NCBI GenBank assembly: GCA_021780035.1
Contig: JAJXZO010000075.1
Span: 11,483 to 75,482 of the forward strand
DNA from: Pseudomonadota bacterium
Lineage (GTDB): Bacteria > Pseudomonadota > Alphaproteobacteria > Acetobacterales > Acetobacteraceae
Reading direction: 5' to 3'
DNA length: 64,000 bases
The translations under genes and the position numbers were made by a program. This document shows, one piece after another, positions 9,395 through 20,527 of this stretch. Below the pieces are notes generated by a model. It ran no database searches. It saw nothing but the letters and a program-made list of their open reading frames with translations, and was not told the DNA's origin. Numbering within the stretch: position 1 is the stretch's first letter; each line of letters starts with the position of its first letter.

Positions 9395-11041
9395 CTAGAC
9401 GAACTGCTCGTAAAAGTCGTTGCCCTTGTCGTCGATGATGATGAAGGCGGGGAAGTTCTCCACCTCGATGCGCCAGACCGCCTCCATGCCGAGTTCGGGG
9501 AACTCCAGCAGTTCGACCTTGCGGATGCAGTCCTGCGCGAGGCGGGCCGCCGGGCCGCCGACGCTGCCGAGATAGAAGCCGCCGAAGCGCTTGCAAGCGT
9601 CCCGGACCGCGGGCGAGCGGTTGCCCTTCGCCAGCATCACCATCGAGCCGCCGGCCTCCTGGAACGCCGCCACGTAGCTGTCCATGCGCCCCGCCGTGGT
9701 GGGACCGAAGGAGCCGGTCGGCATGCCGGCGGGGGTCTTCGCCGGGCCGGCGTAATACACCGGATGGTCGCGGAAATACTGCGGCAGACCCTGGCCGGCG
9801 TCCAGCCGCTCCTTCAGCTTCGCGTGGGCGATGTCGCGCGCCACCACCATTGTGCCGGTAAGCGCGAGCCGCGTGGACACCTTGTGCCGCGACAGCTGGC
9901 TGCGGATTTCCGCCATCGGCCGGGTAAGGTCGATCGTCACCACGTCGCCGCCAAGGACGTCGCCGGTGACTTCCGGCATGTATTTTCCCGGATCGGTTTC
10001 CAGTGCCTCGAGGAACGCACCCTCGGGGGTGATCTTCGCGCGGGCCTGACGGTCGGCGCTGCAGGAAACGCCGATGCCCACGGGCAGGCTGGCACCGTGC
10101 CTCGGCAGGCGGACGACGCGGACGTCGTGGCAGAAGTATTTGCCGCCGAACTGCGCGCCGATGCCGAACTTGCGCGTGATGTCCAGTACCTTCGCCTCCA
10201 TCTCGAGGTCGCGGAAGGCGGAGCCGATCGGGTTGCCAGCGGTGGGCAGGCCGTCGAGCCAGTGGGTGGAGGCGAGCTTCACGGTCTTCATCGTCGTCTC
10301 GGCGCTGGTGCCGCCGATGACGATGGCGAGATGGTACGGCGGGCAGGCCGAGGTGCCGATCGTGCGCATCTTGGTGGCGAGGTAGTCCTCGAGCTTTCCC
10401 GGCGAGAGGATGGAGCGGTTCTCCTGGTACAGGAAGGTCTTGTTCGCCGATCCGCCACCTTTGGCGACGAACAGAAGTTCGAACTCGGTGGCGTGCGACT
10501 CGCCAGAAGTGGAATAGATGTCGATCTGCGCCGGCAGGTTGTTCGCGGTGTTCACTTCCTCGAACATGGAAAGCGCCGCGTTCTGCGAATAACGCAGGTT
10601 GGTCTCGGTGTAGGTGCGCCACACTCCGCGCGACAGCGCCTCCTCCTCGTCGCCGTCCACCCACACCCGCTGCCCCTTCTTGCCGAAGACGATGGCGGTG
10701 CCGGTGTCCTGGCACATCGGCAGCACGCCCCCGGCCGCGATCACCGCGTTCTTCAGCAGGTCGAAGGCAACGAAGCGGTCGTTGGCGGAGGCCTCGGGGT
10801 CGTCGAGGATGGCGCGCAACTGCGCCAGATGGCCCGGCCGAAGCAGATGGGCGATGTCGCGGAACGCCTGGAAGGCAAGCTCGGTGAGCACGCCGGGCGC
10901 CACATTCAGCACGGTGCGGCCGTCGCATACGGTCGTGCCGACGCCCTCGACGGCAATCCGGCGCCACGGCGTCGGCTGCTCGGCGAGGGGAAACATCGGC
11001 GCGTAGGCGAAAGTGCCGCGCTTCGGGGTGGGTTCACTCAT
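9395..11041 (-). CDS. fumA: Class I fumarate hydratase (Fe-S, FumA/B type)
   Basis: [56 protein letters not shown]. Confidence 0.95.
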   Translation of the reverse strand: MSEPTPKRGTFAYAPMFPLAEQPTPWRRIAVEGVGTTVCDGRTVLNVAPGVLTELAFQAFRDIAHLLRPGHLAQLRAILDDPEASANDRFVAFDLLKNAVIAAGGVLPMCQDTGTAIVFGKKGQRVWVDGDEEEALSRGVWRTYTETNLRYSQNAALSMFEEVNTANNLPAQIDIYSTSGESHATEFELLFVAKGGGSANKTFLYQENRSILSPGKLEDYLATKMRTIGTSACPPYHLAIVIGGTSAETTMKTVKLASTHWLDGLPTAGNPIGSAFRDLEMEAKVLDITRKFGIGAQFGGKYFCHDVRVVRLPRHGASLPVGIGVSCSADRQARAKITPEGAFLEALETDPGKYMPEVTGDVLGGDVVTIDLTRPMAEIRSQLSRHKVSTRLALTGTMVVARDIAHAKLKERLDAGQGLPQYFRDHPVYYAGPAKTPAGMPTGSFGPTTAGRMDSYVAAFQEAGGSMVMLAKGNRSPAVRDACKRFGGFYLGSVGGPAARLAQDCIRKVELLEFPELGMEAVWRIEVENFPAFIIIDDKGNDFYEQFV

Positions 11042-11048
11042 CGCTTCC

Positions 11049-11630
11049 TCATTCTTCCTTTTGCGGACCGCGCCGGCGGAACGCGTCGAGACTGACCACC
11101 TGCGGCTCGGCCGCCTTCTCCGGCTCGGCGGGCCCGGACGGCGGAGCCTTCGGGGCCACGGATCCGAGCAGTGGCGCCTCGGAAACGGGGATCTCGGGCT
11201 CGCCGTCCGCCGCTCGCTCGTCGGGCGGCACCACGCGGAAGCGCAGCCCGTAGCGCACCGAGGGATCGGCGAAGGCGCTGATCGCGGCGAACGGTACCCG
11301 GAGCATGCTGGGAACGCCGCCGAAGGAGAGGCCGACAGAGAAGCCCTCCTCGTCCGCTCGCAGGTCCCAGAACTGGTGCTGCAGGACGATGGTCATCTCC
11401 TGGGGGTACTGCGCGCGCAGACGCGCCGGCACGGTCACCCCTGGATAATCGGTGCGGAACGTGAGGTAGAAATGGTGTTCTCCCGGCAGCCCGTGTGCGG
11501 CGACATGGCCGAGCGCCCGAACCACCACCCGGAGCAGCGCCGCCTCGGTCCACTGTTCGTAGGGAAGCAGACTCTCGGGCGGCTGGTCGTCGCCCCTCCC
11601 CCCAGGCCCGCCGAACTGCTTCTCCATCAC
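11049..11630 (-). CDS. sspB: ClpXP adaptor SspB (alphaproteobacterial type)
   Basis: [40 protein letters not shown]-terminal VVSLDAFRR; adjacent to tmRNA. Confidence 0.92.
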   Translation of the reverse strand: MMEKQFGGPGGRGDDQPPESLLPYEQWTEAALLRVVVRALGHVAAHGLPGEHHFYLTFRTDYPGVTVPARLRAQYPQEMTIVLQHQFWDLRADEEGFSVGLSFGGVPSMLRVPFAAISAFADPSVRYGLRFRVVPPDERAADGEPEIPVSEAPLLGSVAPKAPPSGPAEPEKAAEPQVVSLDAFRRRGPQKEE

Positions 11631-11689
11631 CGCCTCGCGTTGCTCCCCTGTTCCTTTAGCGAATGCGGTGGGCAGTGAAAAGACGCACC

Positions 11690-11995
11690 CCGGCGCAACC
11701 GGCGGTAGTGGGGGGCTTCTGTTGCCCGGTGCCCCCCGGACCGCGCTTATCGCTTATGCGGCGACAGCGAGTGCCTCATTGTCGTTGGCACTTGTCGTAC
11801 GGCCCGATAACGGCGGAACCATGCCGGGCAAAAGGCGGGTCTTTACCACGCGTGTCGAAGCTGTTTCGCCCCCGCGAGCCCCCCGTCCGCGTCGCCGCGA
11901 AACCGGGGTTGGTGGAGGCGCCGGGCACTGCCCCCGGGTCCACTACGCTTATTCCACACGCCGTTTATCGCCATAGCCGGCAAGCCGGCATCCCG
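11690..11995 (-). ncRNA. ssrA: Two-piece (circularly permuted) tmRNA
   Basis: On the minus strand the acceptor piece ends GACCCGGGGGCAGTGCCCGGCGCCTCCACCA (CCA end at 11910). A 36-nt intervening segment follows, then the coding piece starting GGGGGCGAAACAGCTTCGAC (11873). Tag ORF 11789-11754 = ANDNEALAVAA-stop. Outer ends approximate. Confidence 0.93.
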
Positions 11996-12027
11996 AATAT
12001 AGGAGGAACGGGCAGAGCACGGAAGGG

Positions 12028-12927
12028 GTGGAAGCCATGCAGGACGACGAAGGCCAGGATAAAGCCGGCGTGGAGACCGGCACCCTCACCCTGCGCCCCA
12101 CGGTGGCGGCGCTTGAGAGTTGGCTGGTCGAGACACATCCCGTGCTCGACCACGGCTTCGTCCGCGTCATCGACTACATGGGCGACGACGCGGCGGTGGT
12201 GCAAGCGGCCCGCGTCTCCTACGGGCGCGGCACCAAGCCGGGGCGGGCCGACGCGGCGCTGATCCGCTACCTGATGCGCCACCGGCACACCACGCCGTTC
12301 GAGATGTGCGAGATCAAATACCATGTGAAGCTGCCGATCTTCGTCGCCCGGCAATGGATACGCCATCGCACGGCGAGCGTGAACGAAATCTCCGCCCGCT
12401 ACTCCATCCTCGACCGCGAGTTCTACCTGCCCGCGCCCTCGGCCCTTGCCGCGCAGGCCGCCGACAATCGCCAAGGGCGCGACAGGCCGCTCGGCGCCGA
12501 CGACGCGGCGGTGGTGCTGGACCTGCTGCGGGACGACGCGAGCCGCTGCCACGACCACTACGAGGCGCTGCTCGAAAGCGGGCTGGCCCGCGAACTCGCC
12601 CGCATCAACCTGACGCTTTCCACCTACACGCAGTGGTATTGGAAGATCGACCTGCACAATCTGCTGCACTTCCTCTCCCTGCGGCTCGACGCGCACGCGC
12701 AGTATGAAATCCGCGCCTACGCCGAGGTGATGGCGGAAAGCGTGAAAGCATGGGTGCCGGAAACCTATGCCGCCTTCGCCGACTACCTGCTGGGCGGGGC
12801 GGCCTTCTCGGCGCCGATGCTCGCGGCGCTGCGGCGGATGCTGGCCGGCGAGGCGGTGACGGCGGAAACCAGCGGCCTCGGCCGGCGCGAGTGGCAGGAG
12901 ATGATGGCCGCCCTCGGCCGCGACTAG
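12028..12927 (+). CDS. thyX: Flavin-dependent thymidylate synthase ThyX
   Basis: [51 protein letters not shown]. Confidence 0.97.
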   Translation: MEAMQDDEGQDKAGVETGTLTLRPTVAALESWLVETHPVLDHGFVRVIDYMGDDAAVVQAARVSYGRGTKPGRADAALIRYLMRHRHTTPFEMCEIKYHVKLPIFVARQWIRHRTASVNEISARYSILDREFYLPAPSALAAQAADNRQGRDRPLGADDAAVVLDLLRDDASRCHDHYEALLESGLARELARINLTLSTYTQWYWKIDLHNLLHFLSLRLDAHAQYEIRAYAEVMAESVKAWVPETYAAFADYLLGGAAFSAPMLAALRRMLAGEAVTAETSGLGRREWQEMMAALGRD

Positions 12928-12995
12928 CCTTCGCCCTTGAGCCAGGCGCCGTCCTGGCCCAGAACCGCAAGCCTGACCACCCGGAGACTGCGCCG

Positions 12996-14396
12996 ATGCG
13001 CTACGTGTCCACCCGCGGGCGGGCGCCCGTCCGCGACTTCGCCGACGTGCTGCTCGCCGGCCTCGCCGAGGACGGCGGCTTGTACGTGCCGGAAACCTGG
13101 CCGGAACTCGGCGCCGCCGAGTGGCGGGCACTGGCAGGGCTGCCCTACGCCGAGCTTTCCGCCCGCATCCTTTCCCTGTTCGCGGGCGAGGCGATCGCGC
13201 TCCCCACCCTAAGGGCGCTCTCCGAGGGCGCCTGCGCCAGCTTCGACCACCCGGCGGTGGTGCCGCTGGTGCAGATCGACCATAACCTTTTCGTCTGCGA
13301 GCTGTTCCACGGCCCGACGCTCGCCTTCAAGGATGTGGCGCTGCAAATGCTCGGGCGGCTGTTCGACCACGTGCTGGAGGCGCGCGGCGCGCGGGTGGGA
13401 ATCGTCGGCGCCACCTCGGGCGACACCGGCTCCGCGGCCATTGCCGCCTGCGCCGGGCGCGAGCGCATCGACATCGTCATCCTGCACCCCAGGGGACGCA
13501 CCAGCGAAGTGCAGCGCCGGCAGATGACCACGGTGCTCGCCCCCAACGTCGGCAACGTCGCCGTCGAGGGCAGCTTCGACGACTGCCAGGACCTTGTGAA
13601 GGCGATGTTCGCCGACCGCCCCTTCCGCGCGGAGATGCGGCTTTCGGCGGTAAACTCCATCAACTGGGCGCGCATCGCCGCGCAGGTGCCCTACTATGTG
13701 GCGAGCGCGCTCGCCCTCGGCGCCCCCGACCGCGAGGTGTGCTTCGCCGTGCCGACCGGCAACTTCGGCAACGTTCTGGCCGCCTGGGTGGCGCGGCGGA
13801 TGGGCCTGCCGGTGCGCGGGCTGCTGGTGGGCAGCAACGCCAACGACATCCTGGCCCGCTTCCTCGCCGCCAACGACATGTCGCAGACGAAGGTCACCCC
13901 CACGCTCTCCCCCAGCATGGATATCCAGGTCAGCTCCAACTTCGAGCGCCTGCTATTCGAGCTTCTGGGCCGCGACGGTGCCGCCACCGCCGCCACGATG
14001 GCGGAATTCCGAGCGAGCGGCCGCATGCCGGTGCCGGATGCCGCCTGGCGGCAGGCGCGCGCGCTGTTCTCCGGCTGGCGCTGCGACGACGCCGCCACCC
14101 TTGCCGAGATCGGCCGCCTGCACGCCGCCGCGGGCTATATCGCCGACCCGCATTCGGCCATCGGCATCGCGGCCGCCCGGGCGCTGGCGCCGAAGGGCAT
14201 CCCCACGGTGGCGATGGCGACGGCGCACCCGGCGAAGTTCCCCGAAGCCATCGCCCGCGCCTGCGGCGTGACGCCCCCGCTGCCGGCGCGGCTCGCCACC
14301 CTATATGAACGCGAGGAGCGCTACGCCACGGCCCCGAACGATCTGGCGGCAGTGGAGGCGCTGGTACGGGCAACGGTAGCGAGGAACGTGGCATGA
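12996..14396 (+). CDS. thrC: Threonine synthase
   Basis: MRYVSTRG, ELFHGPTLAFKD, ATSGDTG, NSINWARI, PTGNFGN, PSMDIQVSSNFER, ATAHPAKF. Confidence 0.97.
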   Translation: MRYVSTRGRAPVRDFADVLLAGLAEDGGLYVPETWPELGAAEWRALAGLPYAELSARILSLFAGEAIALPTLRALSEGACASFDHPAVVPLVQIDHNLFVCELFHGPTLAFKDVALQMLGRLFDHVLEARGARVGIVGATSGDTGSAAIAACAGRERIDIVILHPRGRTSEVQRRQMTTVLAPNVGNVAVEGSFDDCQDLVKAMFADRPFRAEMRLSAVNSINWARIAAQVPYYVASALALGAPDREVCFAVPTGNFGNVLAAWVARRMGLPVRGLLVGSNANDILARFLAANDMSQTKVTPTLSPSMDIQVSSNFERLLFELLGRDGAATAATMAEFRASGRMPVPDAAWRQARALFSGWRCDDAATLAEIGRLHAAAGYIADPHSAIGIAAARALAPKGIPTVAMATAHPAKFPEAIARACGVTPPLPARLATLYEREERYATAPNDLAAVEALVRATVARNVA

Positions 14397-15664
14397 GCGG
14401 CGAGGACGCGGTCGAGGTCACCCGGCTGCCGTCGGGCTTGGTGGTGCTCACCGAGCGGATGGAGCGGGTGGAGACGGTCTCCTTCGGTGCCTATGTCGCC
14501 ACCGGCGCCCGCAACGAGAGCGCCGAGGAGAACGGCATCTCCCACTTCCTCGAGCACATGGCATTCAAGGGCACCGAACGGCGCAGCGCCATCGCCATCG
14601 CCGAGGAGATCGAGGCGGTGGGCGGCCAGATGAACGCCTACACCGCCCGCGAGCAAACGGCCTTCTACGTGAAGGTGCTGAAGGAGGATCTCGCCCTCGG
14701 CAGCGACATCATCGGCGACATCCTCTGCCATTCCTGCTTCGACCCCGCCGAGGTGGAGCGCGAGCGGGGCGTGATCCTGCAGGAGATCGGCCAGGCGAAC
14801 GACACGCCCGACGATATCATCTTCGACCATTTCCAGGAAGCGGCCTACCCCGAGCAGCCGATGGGAAGGCCGGTGCTGGGCACCGAGGAGCGCGTCGGCG
14901 CCGTCAGCCGCGACAACCTGCGCGCCTACATGCACCGCCACTACACCGCCTCCAATACCGTGGTGGCGGCGGCGGGCAACCTCCGCCACCAGGCGGTGGT
15001 GGAACTGGTGGACCGCCACTTCGCCGACCTGGCGCGGACGGAGGCGCCCCGGGCGGTGCCCGCCCGCTACGAAGGACGGGAATTCCGCGAGCAGCGCGAC
15101 CTCGACCAGGTGCACGTGGTGCTGGGCTTTCCCGCCGTCGCCTACGCCGACGACGATTTCTACCCGGTGATGCTGCTCTCCACCCTGCTCGGCGGCGGCA
15201 TGTCGTCGCGCCTGTTCCAGGAGGTGCGGGAGAAGCGAGGGCTGGTCTATTCCATCTACGCCTTCGCCTCCCCCTACGCCGACGGCGGGCTGTTCGCCAT
15301 CTACGCCGGCACCGGCGAGAAGGAGGCGGCTGAGGTGATGCCCGTCACCCTGGGTGAACTGGAGAAGGTGCAGCGGGAGGTGACCGCCGCCGAACTCGCG
15401 CGCGCGCGGGCGCAGGTGAAGGCGGGGCTGCTGATGTCGCTGGAAAGCCCCGGCAACCGCTCCGAGCAGCTTGCCCGCCAGTGGCAGGTGTTCGGCCGGG
15501 TGATCCCTGTCGCCGAGACGGTGGCCCGCATCGAGGCGGTGGGCGTCGCCGACATCGAGGCGGCGGCAAGGAAGCTGTTCCGTGCCGCGCCGACGCTTGC
15601 CTCCCTCGGCCCCGCCGCGCGGGTGCCGCAACTGCCGGCGATCGCCAAGCGGCTCGCCGCCTGA
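14393..15664 (+). CDS. M16 family zinc peptidase (pitrilysin/MPP-like)
   Basis: Inverted zincin motif SHFLEHMAFKGT, NAYTAREQT, GGGMSSRLFQEVRE. Confidence 0.93.
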   Translation: MSGEDAVEVTRLPSGLVVLTERMERVETVSFGAYVATGARNESAEENGISHFLEHMAFKGTERRSAIAIAEEIEAVGGQMNAYTAREQTAFYVKVLKEDLALGSDIIGDILCHSCFDPAEVERERGVILQEIGQANDTPDDIIFDHFQEAAYPEQPMGRPVLGTEERVGAVSRDNLRAYMHRHYTASNTVVAAAGNLRHQAVVELVDRHFADLARTEAPRAVPARYEGREFREQRDLDQVHVVLGFPAVAYADDDFYPVMLLSTLLGGGMSSRLFQEVREKRGLVYSIYAFASPYADGGLFAIYAGTGEKEAAEVMPVTLGELEKVQREVTAAELARARAQVKAGLLMSLESPGNRSEQLARQWQVFGRVIPVAETVARIEAVGVADIEAAARKLFRAAPTLASLGPAARVPQLPAIAKRLAA

Positions 15665-15691
15665 AGCAATACGTCACGCCCGGGAACGCGC

Positions 15692-17023
15692 ATGGACGAC
15701 CTCGCCCTCCTCGATACCCTGCTCGCCGTCGCCCGCGCCGCCGGCGCCGACGCCGCTGACGCGCTGCTCTCCTCCAGCCTCTCGCTCGGTGTGCAATGCC
15801 GGCTCGGACGCGCCGAGCATGTGGAACGCGCCGAAAGCCGCGACCTCGGCTTGCGCGTGTTCGTGGGGCAGCGGCAGGCGCTGGTGTCCACCTCCGCCGT
15901 CGCGGCCGCGCGCTTCCCCGAGCTTGCCGCGCAGGCGGTGGCGATGGCGCGGCTGCTCCCCGAGGACCGCTTCGCCGGTCTCGCCGAGTCCGCCGGCGTG
16001 ATGGCGGACGCGGACGGGCTCGAACTCGACGATGCCGCCGAGCCGGCGACGGAAGCCCTCGCCGCCCGCGCCCTGGCCGCCGAGGAAGCGGCGCGCGCGG
16101 TGGCCGGCATCACCAATTCCGAGGGTGCCGAGGCGAGCTACGGGCGCACCGAGACGGCGCTCGCCGCCTCGAACGGCTTCGCCGGCCGCTTCGCCCGCAC
16201 CCGCCACTCCCTCTCGGTGAGCGTTCTCGCCGGCGAGGGCACCGACATGCAGCGCGACTACGACTTCGCCTCCGCCGTGCGCCTCGCCGACCTGGAAGCG
16301 CCGGAAACGGTCGGCCGGAGCGCGGGTGAGCGGGCAGTGGCGCGGCTGCGCCCCAGGCGGCCGCGCACCATGACGGCGCCGGTGGTGTTCGACCAACGGG
16401 TGGCGGGCGGGCTGATCGGCCACCTGGCAATGGCGGCGAACGGCGCCGCAGTGGCGCGCGGCACCAGCTTCCTCCGCGAGCGACTCGGCGAGAGCGTGTT
16501 CGGCTCCGCCATCACGGTGATGGACGACCCAAGGCGGCGGCGGGGCCTTCGCTCCCGTCCGTTCGACGGCGAGGGGCTGGAAACGGCGCCGCTGGCGCTG
16601 GTGAGGGACGGCATCCTCGCCTCCTGGCTGCTCGACAGCCGCAGCGCCCGCCAGCTCGGGCTGCGCTCCACCGCGCACGCGAGCCGCGGCACCGAGTCGC
16701 CGCCCAGCCCCGCGCCGAGCAACCTCTACCTTCTGCCCGGCACGCCGAGCCCGGCCGAGCTGATGGCCGATATCGGCGAAGGCCTTTACGTCACGGAACT
16801 GATCGGCATGGGGGTGAACCCGGTCACCGGCGACTACAGCCGCGGCGCCTCAGGCTTCATGATCCGCGACGGCTCACTGGCCGAGCCGGTGGCCGAGTGC
16901 ACCGTCGCCGGCAATCTGCTGGCGATGTTCGCCTCGCTTGTGCCGGCATCCGACCTCGTCTTCCGCCGCGGCATCGATGCCCCGACCGTGCGCCTCGACG
17001 GAATGACCGTCGCCGGCACCTGA
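15692..17023 (+). CDS. pmbA: TldD/PmbA family protein (PmbA/TldE)
   Basis: LGLRVFVGQRQA, GITNSEGAEAS, RPFDGEG, GVNPVTGDYSRGASGF, TVAGNL. Confidence 0.88.
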   Translation: MDDLALLDTLLAVARAAGADAADALLSSSLSLGVQCRLGRAEHVERAESRDLGLRVFVGQRQALVSTSAVAAARFPELAAQAVAMARLLPEDRFAGLAESAGVMADADGLELDDAAEPATEALAARALAAEEAARAVAGITNSEGAEASYGRTETALAASNGFAGRFARTRHSLSVSVLAGEGTDMQRDYDFASAVRLADLEAPETVGRSAGERAVARLRPRRPRTMTAPVVFDQRVAGGLIGHLAMAANGAAVARGTSFLRERLGESVFGSAITVMDDPRRRRGLRSRPFDGEGLETAPLALVRDGILASWLLDSRSARQLGLRSTAHASRGTESPPSPAPSNLYLLPGTPSPAELMADIGEGLYVTELIGMGVNPVTGDYSRGASGFMIRDGSLAEPVAECTVAGNLLAMFASLVPASDLVFRRGIDAPTVRLDGMTVAGT

Positions 17024-17070
17024 CGCGGCTTGCCTCCCGGCCGCCGCTTGGGCATGAATGCCGGCAACAA

Positions 17071-18897
17071 ATGAACACCTCCCCTGCCTCGCCCCTGCTG
17101 GCCATCGAGGGTCTGTCGATCGCCTTCGGCCCCCCCGCCGAATCCTCGGTGGTGGTGAGTCGCCTCGATCTCGCCATCGCTCCCGGCGAAACCGTCGCCC
17201 TGGTCGGCGAATCGGGGTCGGGCAAATCGGTCACCGCGCTCGCCGTGACGAGGCTTCTCGACTTCGCCGGCGGTCGGATCACGGAGGGGCGCATCGCCCT
17301 CGCCTGCCGCGACGGCGTGGTCCGTGACCTTGCCCGCGAATCCCAGGCGACGATGCGCAACCTGCGCGGCCCCGAATTCTCCATGGTATTCCAGGAGCCG
17401 ATGTCGAGCCTGAACCCGGTGCTGCGCGTTGGCGAGCAGATCGCCGAGGCGGTCATGCTGCATCAGGGGATGGGCCACGCCGCCGCCCGCGCCGAGACGC
17501 GCCGGCTACTGGAGCGCGTGCGCATCCCCGAGGCCGCCCGCCAGCTCGACCGTTTCCCCTTCCAGCTTTCGGGGGGCATGCGCCAGCGGGTGATGATCGC
17601 CATGGCGCTCTCCTGCCGGCCCCGGCTGCTGATCGCCGACGAGCCCACCACCGCGCTCGATGTCACGGTGCAGGCGCAGGTGCTGCGGCTGATCGAGGCG
17701 CTACAGAAGGAAAGCGGCATGGCGCTGCTGTTCATCACCCACGACATGGGGGTAGTGGCGGAGATCGCCGACCGCGTGGTGGTGATGCGCCAAGGCGAGA
17801 AAGTGGAAGAGGGGCCGGTCACGGACATCTTCGACTCCCCGCGTCACGACTACACGCGCATGCTGCTCGACGCGGTGCCGGTACTGGGCAGTCTGGCGGG
17901 GACGCCGCTGCCGTTGCCCTTCGCTTTGCCGGGCGAATCGCCCGCGCCGCAGGACACACTGCGCCAGGGCCCGCCGGTGCTGCGCCTGGTCGGGCTCTCC
18001 ACCCGCTTCGACGTGCGCCACAACTTCCGCCGCATCGGCCGCATCCACGCCGTGGAGCACGTCGATCTCGCCATCCGTCCGGGCGAAACGCTGGCGCTAG
18101 TAGGCGAATCGGGCTGCGGCAAGTCCACCACGGGCCGCAGCGTCATCCGCCTGGAGCAGTTCGAGGAGGGCGAGATCTGGCTCGGCGACCGCGACGTTAG
18201 CCGGCTCCGCCGCGGCGCGGAGAAGGAACTGCGCCGGCGCGTGCAGTTCGTGTTCCAGGATCCGTTCTCCTCGCTCGACCCACACCTCACCATCGGCTTC
18301 TCGATCGCCGAGCCGATCATGACGCACCGGCTGGCCCACGGTCGCGCCGTGGCGGAGCGAGTGAACACGCTGCTCGGGCAGGTGAACCTGCCGGGAGAGT
18401 TCGCCCACCGCTACCCGCACGAGCTTTCCGGCGGGCAGCGGCAGCGGGTGTGCATCGCCCGCGCGCTCGCCTCCGAACCCGACCTCATCATCGCTGACGA
18501 GGCGGTGGCCGCCCTCGATGTCTCCATCCGCGCGCAGGTGGTGAACCTGCTGATGCGGCTGCAGGCGGAACACGGCATCGCCTACCTGTTCATTTCCCAC
18601 GACATGGCGGTGGTGGAGCGCATCGCCCACCGCGTCGCCGTGATGTATCTTGGCCAGATCGTCGAAATCGGGCCGCGGCAGGCGGTGATCGGCGATCCGC
18701 AGCATCCCTACACGCGCCGGCTGCTGGCGGCAGTGCCGGTGGCCGACCCGCGGCGACGCGGCCATGACCGGGGACTCGACGACAGCGAGGTGCCCTCCCC
18801 CTTGCGCCGCCTCGACGATCCGCCCACCATAGCGCCACTGGTCGAAGTCGGACCGGGCCACTTCGTCGCCCGCCATCATGTCGGCGGGCTGTACTGA
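17071..18897 (+). CDS. gsiA: Dipeptide/glutathione ABC transporter, fused double ATPase (GsiA-like)
   Basis: Two NBDs: GESGSGKS...LSGGMRQR...ADEPTTALD and GESGCGKST...LSGGQRQR...ADEAV. Confidence 0.85.
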   Translation: MNTSPASPLLAIEGLSIAFGPPAESSVVVSRLDLAIAPGETVALVGESGSGKSVTALAVTRLLDFAGGRITEGRIALACRDGVVRDLARESQATMRNLRGPEFSMVFQEPMSSLNPVLRVGEQIAEAVMLHQGMGHAAARAETRRLLERVRIPEAARQLDRFPFQLSGGMRQRVMIAMALSCRPRLLIADEPTTALDVTVQAQVLRLIEALQKESGMALLFITHDMGVVAEIADRVVVMRQGEKVEEGPVTDIFDSPRHDYTRMLLDAVPVLGSLAGTPLPLPFALPGESPAPQDTLRQGPPVLRLVGLSTRFDVRHNFRRIGRIHAVEHVDLAIRPGETLALVGESGCGKSTTGRSVIRLEQFEEGEIWLGDRDVSRLRRGAEKELRRRVQFVFQDPFSSLDPHLTIGFSIAEPIMTHRLAHGRAVAERVNTLLGQVNLPGEFAHRYPHELSGGQRQRVCIARALASEPDLIIADEAVAALDVSIRAQVVNLLMRLQAEHGIAYLFISHDMAVVERIAHRVAVMYLGQIVEIGPRQAVIGDPQHPYTRRLLAAVPVADPRRRGHDRGLDDSEVPSPLRRLDDPPTIAPLVEVGPGHFVARHHVGGLY

Positions 18898-18955
18898 AGC
18901 AGGTACTGCCCGGCGGACCGCTAAACACATGAACCTGCTGAGGAGGGAACCCTCG

Positions 18956-20518
18956 ATGTCCATCAACCCGGAACTGCGGCGGCGCAGCGTGCTCACAGGC
19001 GCCACCGCTCTCGCCGCCGCCCCCGCCGTCATCGGCGCGCGTGCCGAAGCCGCGGCGATGCCGCGCGACCTCACGGTGGCGGTGCCGGACAACCTCGTCA
19101 CGCTGGACCCGGCAGACGCCAACGACACGCTATCGCAAGGCAGCTGCCGGTTGATGCTCGAGGGGCTGTACGGCTTCGACGAGAACATGAAGATCATCCC
19201 GAAGCTCGCCACCGGCTACAAGGCGAACGCGATGGCGACCGAGTTCACCTTCACCCTGCACCAGGGCGTGAAGTTTCACGACGGCACGCCGTTCAACGCC
19301 GAGGCTGTGAAGATCAACCTGGAGCGGATCGCCAACCCCGCGAACCACCTGAAGCGGCAGAGCCTGCTGTCGGTGCTCGACCACGTCGAAGTGGTGAACG
19401 AGCACACCGCCAAGGTGGTGCTGAAGACCCCATTCGGCGCATTCATCCCCACCGTCGCGCATCCCGCGCTGGCGCTGTCGAGCCCGGCGGCGATCAAGAA
19501 ATACGGCAAGGATCTCGGCCGCAACCCGGTCGGCACCGGCCCGTTCATCTTCACCAGCTGGACCCCCGATACGCTCAAGGTGCACGCGAGCCCGCACTAC
19601 TGGGTGAAGGGGCTGCCGCACATGCGCACCGTCACCATCCGCAGCGTGCCGGAGAACGGCTCGCGGCTGGCGATGCTGCAGACAGGCGAGGCGCAGTACA
19701 TTTTCCCGATGCCGCCCGAGCTGGTGGCGACGATCGCGCACAACCCGAAGATCACGCTGGTGAACAGGCAGTCGATCATCATCCATGGCGCCGCCATGAA
19801 CACGATGAAGAAGCCGTTCAACGACGTGCGCGTGCGCCAGGCACTGAATTACGCGGTGGACAAGGAAGCGTTCATCAAGATCGTCTACAACGGCTATGCC
19901 GACCAGATGGACTCGCCCGAGCCGCCGCTGCTCAGCTTCTACAAAAAGCAGGGCGCTTGGCCGTACGACGTGGCCAAGGCGAAGAAGTTGCTGGCCGAGG
20001 CAGGCTATCCGAACGGCTTCGAGACCGAGATGTGGGGCGCCAACAACACGCTGGTGATCCGCGGCATGCAGTTCCTGCAGCAGCAGTTCGCCGCGGTCGG
20101 CGTGAAGCTGAAAGTGAGCCCGCTCGAGGTCGGCCTGCTGATCTCCAAGGTGTACGCCGCGCCGAATCCGCAGGAAGCCACCGTGCAGATGAACTACGGC
20201 GGATGGTCGTCGTCCACCGGCGACGCCGACTGGGGCCTGCGCCCGCTGTTCACCAAGGAGGCCTTCCCGCCGAAGATGTTCAACGTCGCCTATCTCGACG
20301 ATCCGGCGGTGAACAAGGACATTGCCGACGGGCTCCACACCGCGGATCCGAAGGCGCGTGCCGCCGCCTACGCCGATGCGCAGAAGCGGATCTGGCAGGA
20401 CTGCCCGTGGGTGTGGCTCGATATCGACCGCATCGTCGATGCGCGTGCATCCAACCTGCAGGGTGCCTACCGGCTGCCTGACGGCGGGCTGCTGCTGAAC
20501 GACGCGCACTTCGCGTAA
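18956..20518 (+). CDS. gsiB: Glutathione-type ABC substrate-binding protein (GsiB-like), Tat signal
   Basis: TLDPADANDTLSQ, NPANHLKR, AMLQTGEAQ, GWSSSTGDADW match recalled E. coli GsiB motifs. N-terminus ELRRRSVL. Confidence 0.85.
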   Translation: MSINPELRRRSVLTGATALAAAPAVIGARAEAAAMPRDLTVAVPDNLVTLDPADANDTLSQGSCRLMLEGLYGFDENMKIIPKLATGYKANAMATEFTFTLHQGVKFHDGTPFNAEAVKINLERIANPANHLKRQSLLSVLDHVEVVNEHTAKVVLKTPFGAFIPTVAHPALALSSPAAIKKYGKDLGRNPVGTGPFIFTSWTPDTLKVHASPHYWVKGLPHMRTVTIRSVPENGSRLAMLQTGEAQYIFPMPPELVATIAHNPKITLVNRQSIIIHGAAMNTMKKPFNDVRVRQALNYAVDKEAFIKIVYNGYADQMDSPEPPLLSFYKKQGAWPYDVAKAKKLLAEAGYPNGFETEMWGANNTLVIRGMQFLQQQFAAVGVKLKVSPLEVGLLISKVYAAPNPQEATVQMNYGGWSSSTGDADWGLRPLFTKEAFPPKMFNVAYLDDPAVNKDIADGLHTADPKARAAAYADAQKRIWQDCPWVWLDIDRIVDARASNLQGAYRLPDGGLLLNDAHFA

Positions 20519-20527
20519 GCGTTCGTC

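Noticed and set aside
8987-9400. preQ1 riboswitch upstream of the VUT/que genes
   Set aside because: Intergenic gaps are only 1-4 nt, and no preQ1 aptamer or A-rich tail is visible.
11910-11945. tRNA-like T-arm and CCA end
   Set aside because: It is the acceptor piece of the permuted tmRNA, not a tRNA or an integration-site remnant.
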